A DNA stretch of 17,498 bases from Armatimonadia bacterium (GTDB taxonomy: Bacteria; Armatimonadota; Zipacnadia; Zipacnadales; UBA11051): contig JBDKRC010000281.1 of the NCBI GenBank assembly GCA_039683575.1, forward strand, positions 1 to 17,498. The letters are read 5' to 3'. Shown here piece after piece: positions 6,468 to 14,246 of this stretch. The position numbers and the translations under genes are program-made. The notes below the pieces were generated by a model. It saw only the letters and a list, made by a program, of their open reading frames with translations, ran no database searches and was not told the DNA's origin. Numbering within the stretch: the first letter of the stretch is position 1; each line of letters begins with the position of its first letter.

Positions 6468-9068
6468 TTGCGCTTCCGCCTGCTAATCCCCCTGAGCCTG
6501 CTTCTCACTATTGCAGCCCTCGCCGCGCCCAAACCCGACCCCAGGCTCTGCGAGGAGGTTGACGGCGCCTACGATCTCAGCTTCACGTTGCCAGCAACCG
6601 GGCCCGCACAGTCGGTCGTACTCGACTGGCGGAACGGCCAGGGCCTGGTCATCACCTTCGACAAGCAGAAGACCACGGTGCAGTCCGTGGCCCCCCGCGC
6701 CACGACCACCCTCGCCAGCGCAGGCCCCTGCCGGGGCAAAGCCATCCGCATCCGGCGACGGTATCCAGACCTCGTCATCCTCTCGGACAGTACCGAACTG
6801 CTCCATACCTACAGCAACCGCCAACTCGCCGGAGTGGCCGGCCCGGCCGCCGAAGCCAGGCTAGCCGAGGTACAGGTGCAGCCGGTTGAGCCGGTTGACT
6901 TCGCCGATGACTTCTTCGACCCCAATGGTGGTGCGGGGCAGTGGCAGCCCCTCAGCGGGAAGTGGCGCATCGCCGAATACCGCGATCCGCTGGTCTCCAT
7001 CCAGGACGGACCTGTCGGAGCTTCGTGGTATCAGTGCGACGTTGACGGCAAGGCCATTTCGCTCACCGGCGAAGACTTCTGGGAGAGTTACCGCCCGAGC
7101 GTCAAGGTTCAGGCCTTGCCCGAAATGGCGGTCGGCCTGGTCTTCAACTACCGCGGCCCCACGCAGCATCAGGTACTCGCCCTTAAGCCCGTCAGCGATA
7201 CCGAGGCGGAGGTGGCAGCCGGTGACAGCATCACCTGGGGCAGCCGCACCAACGCCCGCATTGCCTGCCGCGCCGGGAACTGGTATCACCTCGCCGTGGA
7301 GCCATACCTCGACCCCACGAAGGGCCTCCTCCTGCGCGGCGTGGTCAACGGTATGCCCGTCGTGACCTTGCCGCCACAGGAGCTTCCGGCAGGCAAAGTG
7401 GGGCTATTCGCCGCCGGTAAGGGCCAAGCCCGCTTTGATGATTTCCTCATCACCCCGGTGCAGGACGTCTATGACCGGAGCAGTGGGGCAACCATTCCCC
7501 ACTGCTGGCGCGCCAGCGGCGGCAAGTGGGCCTATGCCGGCCAGAAGGGCCTCACCGCCACCGGCAACGGCACCCTCACCCGCGAGATGTCCTACTCCCC
7601 CGATCTCGTCTCCTCCACCGTCCAGATCGGCAGCGGCCTCGGCGGCGTCGTCCTGAACTGGACCGGCCAGTCCGGCTACCGCCTTGCGGTCAACAAGCAG
7701 GGCGCCTACAGCCTCACCCGCGTCACCAACGGCACGGCCACCACTCTCCTCTCGGGCCAGTGCACCGGCGCCGTCCCGCTGCGCCTGTCTCATCACGACG
7801 GACGCCTTGAGGCTCAGGTCGGCGACAAACACGAGGTCATCTACGACTTCGCCCACACCGGCGGCCAGTGCGGGGTGTTTGTGACCGGCGACGCAACCTT
7901 TCGCAGCTTCACAGCCGGGCCGGTGCCTGACCTGCTGACGCGCCTGTCGTATGTCACCGGCACGCCCATGCCGATGCCCGGTGAAAACGATGACACCAAG
8001 CGCTTCGTACTCGGCTATGTGTGGCAGCCTTCGGGCGGGAACTGGACGGGAATAGGCTACGACGATCAAAAGCGGCTGACCGCGACCACCTATGGCCAGC
8101 AGCCAACGTCGCTCTGGTATCACCAGGCGTGCCCAGGAGACGCCGCCATCGCCATAGATGGCCCGCAGGCCAACTCGGGCGCCGCAGCCGGTCTCGCGCT
8201 CTCCTGCGACCGCCGTGACATCATGACCGGCTATCGGGCCGAACTGACCGGCCTCACCCTCAAGCTCTACCGTCTGAACAAGCTCGTCGGCGAGCGCACC
8301 CTACCCGCCGCCGCCCACGAATTGCGCTTGTGGCGGGATGGCAAGTACATTGCCACCGCAGTAGGTGACCATGGCCTCTCCTACGCCGATGACAGCCCCC
8401 TTACGGGCAGTCTCTGCGCTGCTTACGCCTCCGGGGCTGGTTTCAGCGTTCAGCAGGTGACGCTGAGCCACCGCAATGCGAGCTACTATGCTTTCAAGGC
8501 CGAGGAGACCGACTGGCAGCCCGTTTCCGGCGAGTGGATGACCCACTCCGGCATGGCGTGCATTCCGTGGGACTACTGGTATACCGCCAGAGGTGCCAAT
8601 GGCGCCCTCGCCTTCAACACCCGCCCCCAACCCGCCGACCTGCACCTCGACACGTGGATCAGTGAGTACAGCGAAGGCTACGCCAACAAAGAGCACAAGC
8701 ACTTCCCATACCACGACCTCAGCCTGATTACCTCCGCCGCCGGCACCGGCCCTGACAGTGGCTACCGCTTCGTCATAGCCGCCGACGGCGGCGAGGTGAC
8801 GCGTCTCCTCCGCAAAGGCCAGGTCGTCGCGGAAACCCGCGACCGGCGCTTCCGGATCGTCATGGGTGGGCACTGCAACACTCCGCGCGAGTTCCACGTA
8901 GTGATCCACCAGGAGCGCGGGCGGCTCACCCTGGAGCTCAATGGTGCAATGGCGCTTGATTACACCGACCCGGCTCCCCTGCCGGGCGGCCTCGTCGGCC
9001 TCGGCGCTGCCTGCCATGCCGCGAACTTCCGCGACCTCTGCATTATCCGTCTTCGCGGCGACCAATAG
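6468..9068 (+). CDS. Secreted hypothetical protein with four ConA-like / DUF1080-like beta-sandwich repeats (~866 aa)
   Basis: Probable TTG start at 6468 (SD AGGAG 6456-6460); ATG 6444 is the alternative. Signal peptide RFRLLIPLSLLLTIAALA. Four W-x4-G-x-W motifs. GKVGL / GQCGV / GLVGL...F motifs close the repeats. Confidence 0.7.
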   Translation: MRFRLLIPLSLLLTIAALAAPKPDPRLCEEVDGAYDLSFTLPATGPAQSVVLDWRNGQGLVITFDKQKTTVQSVAPRATTTLASAGPCRGKAIRIRRRYPDLVILSDSTELLHTYSNRQLAGVAGPAAEARLAEVQVQPVEPVDFADDFFDPNGGAGQWQPLSGKWRIAEYRDPLVSIQDGPVGASWYQCDVDGKAISLTGEDFWESYRPSVKVQALPEMAVGLVFNYRGPTQHQVLALKPVSDTEAEVAAGDSITWGSRTNARIACRAGNWYHLAVEPYLDPTKGLLLRGVVNGMPVVTLPPQELPAGKVGLFAAGKGQARFDDFLITPVQDVYDRSSGATIPHCWRASGGKWAYAGQKGLTATGNGTLTREMSYSPDLVSSTVQIGSGLGGVVLNWTGQSGYRLAVNKQGAYSLTRVTNGTATTLLSGQCTGAVPLRLSHHDGRLEAQVGDKHEVIYDFAHTGGQCGVFVTGDATFRSFTAGPVPDLLTRLSYVTGTPMPMPGENDDTKRFVLGYVWQPSGGNWTGIGYDDQKRLTATTYGQQPTSLWYHQACPGDAAIAIDGPQANSGAAAGLALSCDRRDIMTGYRAELTGLTLKLYRLNKLVGERTLPAAAHELRLWRDGKYIATAVGDHGLSYADDSPLTGSLCAAYASGAGFSVQQVTLSHRNASYYAFKAEETDWQPVSGEWMTHSGMACIPWDYWYTARGANGALAFNTRPQPADLHLDTWISEYSEGYANKEHKHFPYHDLSLITSAAGTGPDSGYRFVIAADGGEVTRLLRKGQVVAETRDRRFRIVMGGHCNTPREFHVVIHQERGRLTLELNGAMALDYTDPAPLPGGLVGLGAACHAANFRDLCIIRLRGDQ

Positions 9069-9106
9069 CTCGGAACTGACGCCGCCTGACTGAACCATAC
9101 TGGCCT

Positions 9107-9160
9107 ACACAGATGCCAAACGAGGCAGAGCCGGCGCTCTGCCTCGTTTGGCATCTGTGT
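9107..9160. repeat. Perfect 25-bp inverted repeat with 4-nt loop between convergent genes
   Basis: ACACAGATGCCAAACGAGGCAGAGC (9107-9131), loop CGGC, reverse complement at 9136-9160. No U tract on either side. Confidence 0.9.
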
Positions 9161-9171
9161 GCGCAACCCGT

Positions 9172-11649
9172 CTATCCCTCTTCCATCAGGTTCGTCTCCC
9201 CCACTTCGCCTGACTTCGGATCAACAATCAGTGTCTTGATCTCAAACGCCTTCAGGCTCACCCGCTGCTTCACCCCAAGGCCCGGCAGCGACAGCGTCGT
9301 CGTCCGCTTCTGCCCCGTCGGCTCAAACAGCCTCACCACTATCCCCTCACCCACCTCCGCCTGCTTCATCGCTGTCATCTGCACCACCGGGTCACCCAGC
9401 GTCACAAACGCCCCCGACTTCTCCCCCTCGCCTGAGGGGAAGAACGCAAGCGCCATCGGCTTCTCATTGTGCGCCAGCGCCTCCCGGTCCACAGCTTCCA
9501 GACGCTCCTGCACAGGTCCCGCCTTGAGCCAAAACCGGAAGATGCGCTCCCCTTGGTCGATCCGCGCCGTAAAGCGGTCCTGCGGCACGATCTCACGGTC
9601 GCCGATCGGATGGCCGGAATATGCCGGAGAGCGCAGCAGCGTCAGCCGCAACATCCCCTCATGGCAGCTTGAGCCATAGGTCCCATCATTGATGCAGGTC
9701 AGCGCCTGCCCACCTCCCACGACCGCCACCCACTTCTGCGCTACCGCCTCCTCACCATTGTCCGGCAGGTCCATCACACCATACGCTACCTGCCCCACGA
9801 ACCGCTCCTGCTGCCCCGCCACCGGCACCTGCAGCTTCACCAGTTGGTCCTTCTCAGCCCACTGCACCCGTGTCTCCACCTCGATCTCGGTGCCGTTCTT
9901 CGGTATCTCGTAGTGTTGGCACAGGAACGAGTTGCGGTAGCCAAACAGCGCCTCCACAACCACCCGCACCTCGCCATCCTCAATCACCCGCACCGCCTCC
10001 AGCGTCTTCGCCTTCACCCCGGCAAACCGCGCCGCAGCGGTCGGCGAGAGCAGCTTGAACCTCCCCGCGAGCTTCTGGAAGCCATGCACGGCCATGCCCC
10101 ACGGGTCCTCATTGTCCTGCATTGCCAGCGGCTCGCACGCCCCCGGCGCGATGGCATCCTTGCCGTTGACCCGGTAGCGATCCAGAAGCCCTGTTGTCAG
10201 GTTGACATGCGCCTCCAGCGCCTCGGTCTTCACCACCAGTCTCTCCCCGCGCCGGTAGTTCCCCGGCGCCGGCTTGGCGGGCAGGACCTCCAGCCGGCAG
10301 TCGAACCGGTTCATCTGCGAGGGCTTCAGGTCCGCGCTGAACACCACGCGCTTGCGCCAGTCCAGGTTGAGGTTGCTCAATTCCTTCTCGGGCTGCGAGG
10401 GCACGGGCTTGTTGCCCTGGTACACCCGCGGCAGTGTGAAGGCCTCGGCCCAGTTCTGGTCGGCCAGCATGAACTCGCACTCCACAGTCGCCCGCACGGC
10501 GAACGGGTGCGGGTTGTAGACCAGCACCGGTATCTCGCCCTCCTTCGCCTTCGGCTGCCCCGCCGCCAGCGCAAAGAACGCCCGCGCCTTCGCCCGCGAC
10601 ATGATCTCCAGCCCATGGTCCAGCACCCGCAGCGACATCTCCTCCACAAGCTGCTGCGACGATCCGGGCAGGATGTCGTGGAACTCCGCCGTCAGCAGGT
10701 CTCGCAAGGCCTCCTCCAACTCCGCCTTCGGGTACTCCATCAACCCGCCCGTCGCTGCTGCCGTGGCCATCTTCTCCAGCCCGTAAAGCTCATTCTCGAG
10801 CCGCCGGTGCAGTTGCTTGATCCGCACCTGCGAGGTGTAGCACCCGACTGCCCACGGGTTCAGGTCGCCCTCACGCCGCGGCAGATCGGCCTTCGCCGCC
10901 ACCAACTCCGCGAAATACGCTTCCGGCGTCGAATGCGTCACCTGCAACTCCGGCCGCTCGACCATCAGCGCCGCCAGGTCCCGCAGGTCCTGCCGCGAGG
11001 GCCCCCCACCATGGTTGCCAACGCCCCACATCACGCACCCCGGTGCGTCTTCAGGCTGCTGGTCAACAAGCGCCTCAACCTTCTTGCGCGCCCCGCCCAG
11101 TGGCGAGTTGTATCCCGGAATTCGCGTCGCCGCCACACTCGACCCGTCACAGCCTACCCACCGGAAACGGTTGTCCGGCAGCGGCCGGTCCTGCTGCCCC
11201 GGCCGGCAGAAGAGATACGAGTCATAGCCGCTGCGCACCAGGATTTGCGGCAGCCCCGGACCATGCCCAAACGGGTCCAGATTGATAGCCGTAGTAGGCC
11301 GTACGCCAAACTTCTCGGCAAAGTACCTCCGCCCCACCAGCGACTGCCGCACAAACGACTCCCCCGACGGCATGTTGCAGTCCGGCTGCAGGTACCACCC
11401 GCCCATGATATGCCACTTGCCCTGCTTCACCAGCCGCTGAATGCGCTTGAACAACGCAGGCTCGTATTCTTCCACCCAACGATACAGAATTGCCTCATTG
11501 TGGTTGAAGATGAACCCGTCGAACTCTTCGCACAGGTCCGCCGCCGTGCGGAAGGTGGAAATCGCCTCCGCCGCCCCCTCCTCCCATTCCCACAACCAGA
11601 CAGGATCGAGATGCGCGTTGCAGATGAGGTGCAGCCGGTGTTCGGACAT
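9172..11649 (-). CDS. Alpha-mannosidase (GH38), cytoplasmic (825 aa)
   Basis: Start reassigned to ATG 11649 (SD AGAGG). HLICNAHLDPVWLW (Zn ligands), GGWYLQPDCNMPSGESFVRQ, NLDPFGH (nucleophile), GVGNHGGGP, FHDILPGSS, LTLLRSP and AFEIKTL. Confidence 0.95.
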   Translation of the reverse strand: MSEHRLHLICNAHLDPVWLWEWEEGAAEAISTFRTAADLCEEFDGFIFNHNEAILYRWVEEYEPALFKRIQRLVKQGKWHIMGGWYLQPDCNMPSGESFVRQSLVGRRYFAEKFGVRPTTAINLDPFGHGPGLPQILVRSGYDSYLFCRPGQQDRPLPDNRFRWVGCDGSSVAATRIPGYNSPLGGARKKVEALVDQQPEDAPGCVMWGVGNHGGGPSRQDLRDLAALMVERPELQVTHSTPEAYFAELVAAKADLPRREGDLNPWAVGCYTSQVRIKQLHRRLENELYGLEKMATAAATGGLMEYPKAELEEALRDLLTAEFHDILPGSSQQLVEEMSLRVLDHGLEIMSRAKARAFFALAAGQPKAKEGEIPVLVYNPHPFAVRATVECEFMLADQNWAEAFTLPRVYQGNKPVPSQPEKELSNLNLDWRKRVVFSADLKPSQMNRFDCRLEVLPAKPAPGNYRRGERLVVKTEALEAHVNLTTGLLDRYRVNGKDAIAPGACEPLAMQDNEDPWGMAVHGFQKLAGRFKLLSPTAAARFAGVKAKTLEAVRVIEDGEVRVVVEALFGYRNSFLCQHYEIPKNGTEIEVETRVQWAEKDQLVKLQVPVAGQQERFVGQVAYGVMDLPDNGEEAVAQKWVAVVGGGQALTCINDGTYGSSCHEGMLRLTLLRSPAYSGHPIGDREIVPQDRFTARIDQGERIFRFWLKAGPVQERLEAVDREALAHNEKPMALAFFPSGEGEKSGAFVTLGDPVVQMTAMKQAEVGEGIVVRLFEPTGQKRTTTLSLPGLGVKQRVSLKAFEIKTLIVDPKSGEVGETNLMEEG

Positions 11650-11688
11650 CGTCAGGTACCTCTTCAGTGTTGAAGCGACGAGCATTCG

Positions 11689-11715
11689 TTCGCGCCAGCC
11701 TGTGAGGCTACCTGC
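11689..11715 (-). promoter_or_regulatory. Putative sigma-H-like promoter, GCAGG-N18-CGAA
   Basis: GCAGG TAGCCTCACAGGCTGGCG CGAA, 39 nt upstream of the mannosidase ATG. Confidence 0.7.
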
Positions 11716-11723
11716 CTTGAGTT

Positions 11724-11750
11724 GCAGGTGCCCCCGCGACACTTTGCGAA
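11724..11750 (+). promoter_or_regulatory. Putative sigma-H-like promoter, GCAGG-N18-CGAA
   Basis: GCAGG TGCCCCCGCGACACTTTG CGAA, 31 nt upstream of ATG 11782. Confidence 0.7.
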
Positions 11751-11781
11751 ACCTTCCCCACTATCAATTGTTGAGGTCAAC

Positions 11782-13998
11782 ATGCAAAGAACGCTCTGCC
11801 TGCTTGCGCTGCTGCTGCTCACGGTTTCCGCCAATGCCGCTGAACTGCTCTCCGCAGGCAAGCCCTGCACCTTCTCTCCCGCCCCCAACTACAGCCTCAC
11901 AGCCAAGGGAGACACGGATGGCGCCGACCTCACCGACGGCCGCCTCACCGAACGCCCCGACCAGCACCTGTGGTTTGAGAGCCACGCCGTCGGCTGGTCA
12001 TACAAGCCCGTCGCCAACGTCCGACTCGATCTTGGGCAGGTCCAGCCCATCGGCGAGGTCGTCATCCGCCTCCAGGGTGGCTCGCCGCAGCCGGGCATAG
12101 ACTTCCCCGGCTTCGTAAAGCTTCTCGTCAGCGATGACGACGTGAGCTACTACCAGGTCGCCGAGTACTCCAAGTGGCAGCGCGGCGACGACGTGAAGTA
12201 CAGCCTCCCCGCCACCGAGGGCAAGGCCTGGGTGCACCCCTTGCGCTTTGCCGATCTCAAGACCCGCGGCCGCTACGTCGCCTTCGTCCTCGGCTGCAGC
12301 GGCCTGACCTGCGCCGATGAGCTATACGTCTACCGCGGCGACCACGATCCCGCAACGGTCAAGATGAACCCATCGCAACTGCGGGACTTCTCCGTCAGCC
12401 GCCCACAAGTCGCCTTCGTCAAGCCCGCTCTCGTCCTGACCAGCAACCTCGCCACGCCCCAGCCCCTCGGTCTTCTCGACGCCAGCGGCGCCAAGCGCCA
12501 GGTCACGCTCAACCTCGAAGCCCCCGCCGGAGTCGAGATTATGGCCGGCGCAGTCGGCGAGGCCAAAGTCGAGACCGCAGCCGTCGAAAAGCTCCCCGGC
12601 GGCGGTACCCGCTACGCCCTGACCACCCCTGTCCCCGGCACGACCGTCATGCCCTGGGGCAAGCTCACCATGCAGGCGAAGCTCGCCCCCGGAACCAACA
12701 CCAGCCTCCGCTACTGGCTGGACTGGGGCGAGGGCAAATCCAATCCTGTCACCATCGCCGCCACGGTCGCCGAACTCACCCCGGCCCCGCGCTGCAAGCG
12801 CATGATGATGGCGCTCGGCTGGTGGGACCTGGGCTCGACCAAGGCCTGGCCCGACGGTCTCAAGGCCGCCGAGATCATCGGCCTCAACACTCTCTCCACC
12901 TTCACCATGTGGATGAAGCCAGACGACAAGGAACTCTGGGACTTTGCCGACCAGGCCCGCCAGCAGGGCTTCAAGATGCTGGATGTCGACTCCACCTGGC
13001 ACCAGATGCTCTCGCGCCACAAGGGCGATACGAGTTTCTTCTGCCAATTCGCCGACGGCACGACCGGCAAGTCCTTCTGCCCCTCCTACCGCGGCCCATT
13101 CTATGCCGAGGAACTCAAGCGCGTCGCCGACGAATGCGCCCGTCTCAAGCCCGACTATCTCTCCACCGATGTGGAGCTATGGAACTGGGAGGGCCCCAAG
13201 GACGCCCAGAAGTGCACGCGCTGCCAGGAGGACAAGCAGAAGTCAGGGATCGAGACCTGGGAAGAATGGAAGCTGCTCAAGGGCTACGACATGTGGCGGG
13301 ACCTTCACAACGCCGTGCAGGCCGCTGTCAAAGATGCCGGCGGCAAGCCCATCGAAATGGGCTGCTATGACTGGCGCCCCAGTATGAACTACCAGTTCTT
13401 CTGGCCCTTCGACCGTCTCTACCAGGACAAGCTCCTGCACAACTCCCAGACTTCTACCTATACCTCGCTCCTGCCCTACCACATTGAGCACCTTGGTAAC
13501 GAAGCCCGCGAAGACCGCTCACATCTCCCCCGCACCGAAGGGCTGCCATGGATAACCCCGGGCGACTCCGGCGCCTTCACCGCCGAGGCCCTGCGCTGCG
13601 CCATGCTCGAGTGCTTCCTCAACGGCTCGCGCGGCATCCACTTCTGGAGCAACCGCTACTGGGATGGCGAGTACTTCCTGGGCTACAACCAGGCCGTGCG
13701 CGCCGTCGCGTCCGTCGAAGACCTCATCATGGACGGCAATCTGTACGACGGCGCCCAAGTGGAGCGCCCGGCCCGCGTCTCCGGCATGATCCGCGGCAAA
13801 GACGTGGCGCTGCTCGTCGGCGAGTACTACGGCTCCGACCCGGTGACCGTCGACGTGACCCTCGAAGTCCCGGCCAACAGTGACGTCATTGACGCCGAGA
13901 CCGGCCGGAAGCTGGGCGATCTGTCCGCTGGCAAGCAATCCCTGCCGGTGAAGCTCGACGCGCACCGTTCCCGCGTGCTCCTGATCAAGGCCAAGTAG
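11782..13998 (+). CDS. Secreted protein: discoidin/F5-8-like domain plus putative TIM-barrel glycoside hydrolase-like domain (738 aa)
   Basis: ATG 11782 with SD GAGG. Signal peptide MQRTLCLLALLLLTVSANA. LTDG...VGW...VRLDLGQVQPIGEV...FP..V...VSDD...RGRYV is a discoidin pattern. The C-terminal part has FCPSY, DYLSTDVE, CTRC and NGSRGIHFW. Confidence 0.65.
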   Translation: MQRTLCLLALLLLTVSANAAELLSAGKPCTFSPAPNYSLTAKGDTDGADLTDGRLTERPDQHLWFESHAVGWSYKPVANVRLDLGQVQPIGEVVIRLQGGSPQPGIDFPGFVKLLVSDDDVSYYQVAEYSKWQRGDDVKYSLPATEGKAWVHPLRFADLKTRGRYVAFVLGCSGLTCADELYVYRGDHDPATVKMNPSQLRDFSVSRPQVAFVKPALVLTSNLATPQPLGLLDASGAKRQVTLNLEAPAGVEIMAGAVGEAKVETAAVEKLPGGGTRYALTTPVPGTTVMPWGKLTMQAKLAPGTNTSLRYWLDWGEGKSNPVTIAATVAELTPAPRCKRMMMALGWWDLGSTKAWPDGLKAAEIIGLNTLSTFTMWMKPDDKELWDFADQARQQGFKMLDVDSTWHQMLSRHKGDTSFFCQFADGTTGKSFCPSYRGPFYAEELKRVADECARLKPDYLSTDVELWNWEGPKDAQKCTRCQEDKQKSGIETWEEWKLLKGYDMWRDLHNAVQAAVKDAGGKPIEMGCYDWRPSMNYQFFWPFDRLYQDKLLHNSQTSTYTSLLPYHIEHLGNEAREDRSHLPRTEGLPWITPGDSGAFTAEALRCAMLECFLNGSRGIHFWSNRYWDGEYFLGYNQAVRAVASVEDLIMDGNLYDGAQVERPARVSGMIRGKDVALLVGEYYGSDPVTVDVTLEVPANSDVIDAETGRKLGDLSAGKQSLPVKLDAHRSRVLLIKAK

Positions 13999-14004
13999 GC
14001 CCAT

Positions 14005-14073
14005 CCGCGTAGGCGGGTTCATCCTTGAACCCGCCCCAAGAGGCCCGCGTAGGCGGGTTCGTCTCGAACCCGC
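14005..14073 (+). repeat. Two tandem GTAG-type REP hairpins with 40-nt period
   Basis: CCGCGTAGGCGGGTTC is identical at 14005 and 14045. Stems are GGCGGGTTCA/TGAACCCGCC and GCGGGTTCG/CGAACCCGC. Confidence 0.85.
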
Positions 14074-14086
14074 ACGGGGACGCGCC

Positions 14087-14173
14087 CAAAATGGGGACGG
14101 AGCCCTTGCGCCGCGACTCCTTTCGCGGAACTCACGGAGCTTTCGTCGGCGCAAGGGCTCCGTCCCCATTTTG
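14087..14173. repeat. 87-bp element with perfect 27-bp inverted repeats (REPIN/MITE-like)
   Basis: CAAAATGGGGACGGAGCCCTTGCGCCG (14087-14113) and its reverse complement (14147-14173) around a 33-nt spacer. Confidence 0.9.
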
Positions 14174-14228
14174 ACCAACCTCTTCCGCCCACAGTCAGCG
14201 GCCCCTCTTCCCCTGCCACAGCCAAATC

Positions 14229-14237
14229 TGCTATGCT
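14229..14237 (+). promoter_or_regulatory. Putative extended -10 (TGnTATGCT) promoter giving a near-leaderless transcript
   Basis: TGCTATGCT ends 9 nt before ATG 14247. No SD and no GCAGG-N18 motif seen here. Confidence 0.45.
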
Positions 14238-14246
14238 GCCCCCGTC

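Noticed and set aside
8960-9679. Two opposite ORFs both containing MPNEAE
   Set aside because: Artefact of translating the two arms of the 9107-9160 palindrome.
9844-11673. 609-aa plus-strand ORF
   Set aside because: Antisense shadow of the GH38 gene. It is H/R/L/P-rich with no motifs, as expected in high-GC DNA.
11650-11781. Overlapping longer starts for GH38 (11742) and the secreted protein (11722)
   Set aside because: They would overlap head-to-head and cover both promoter motifs. SD-supported ATGs at 11649 and 11782 fit the family N-terminus and the signal peptide.
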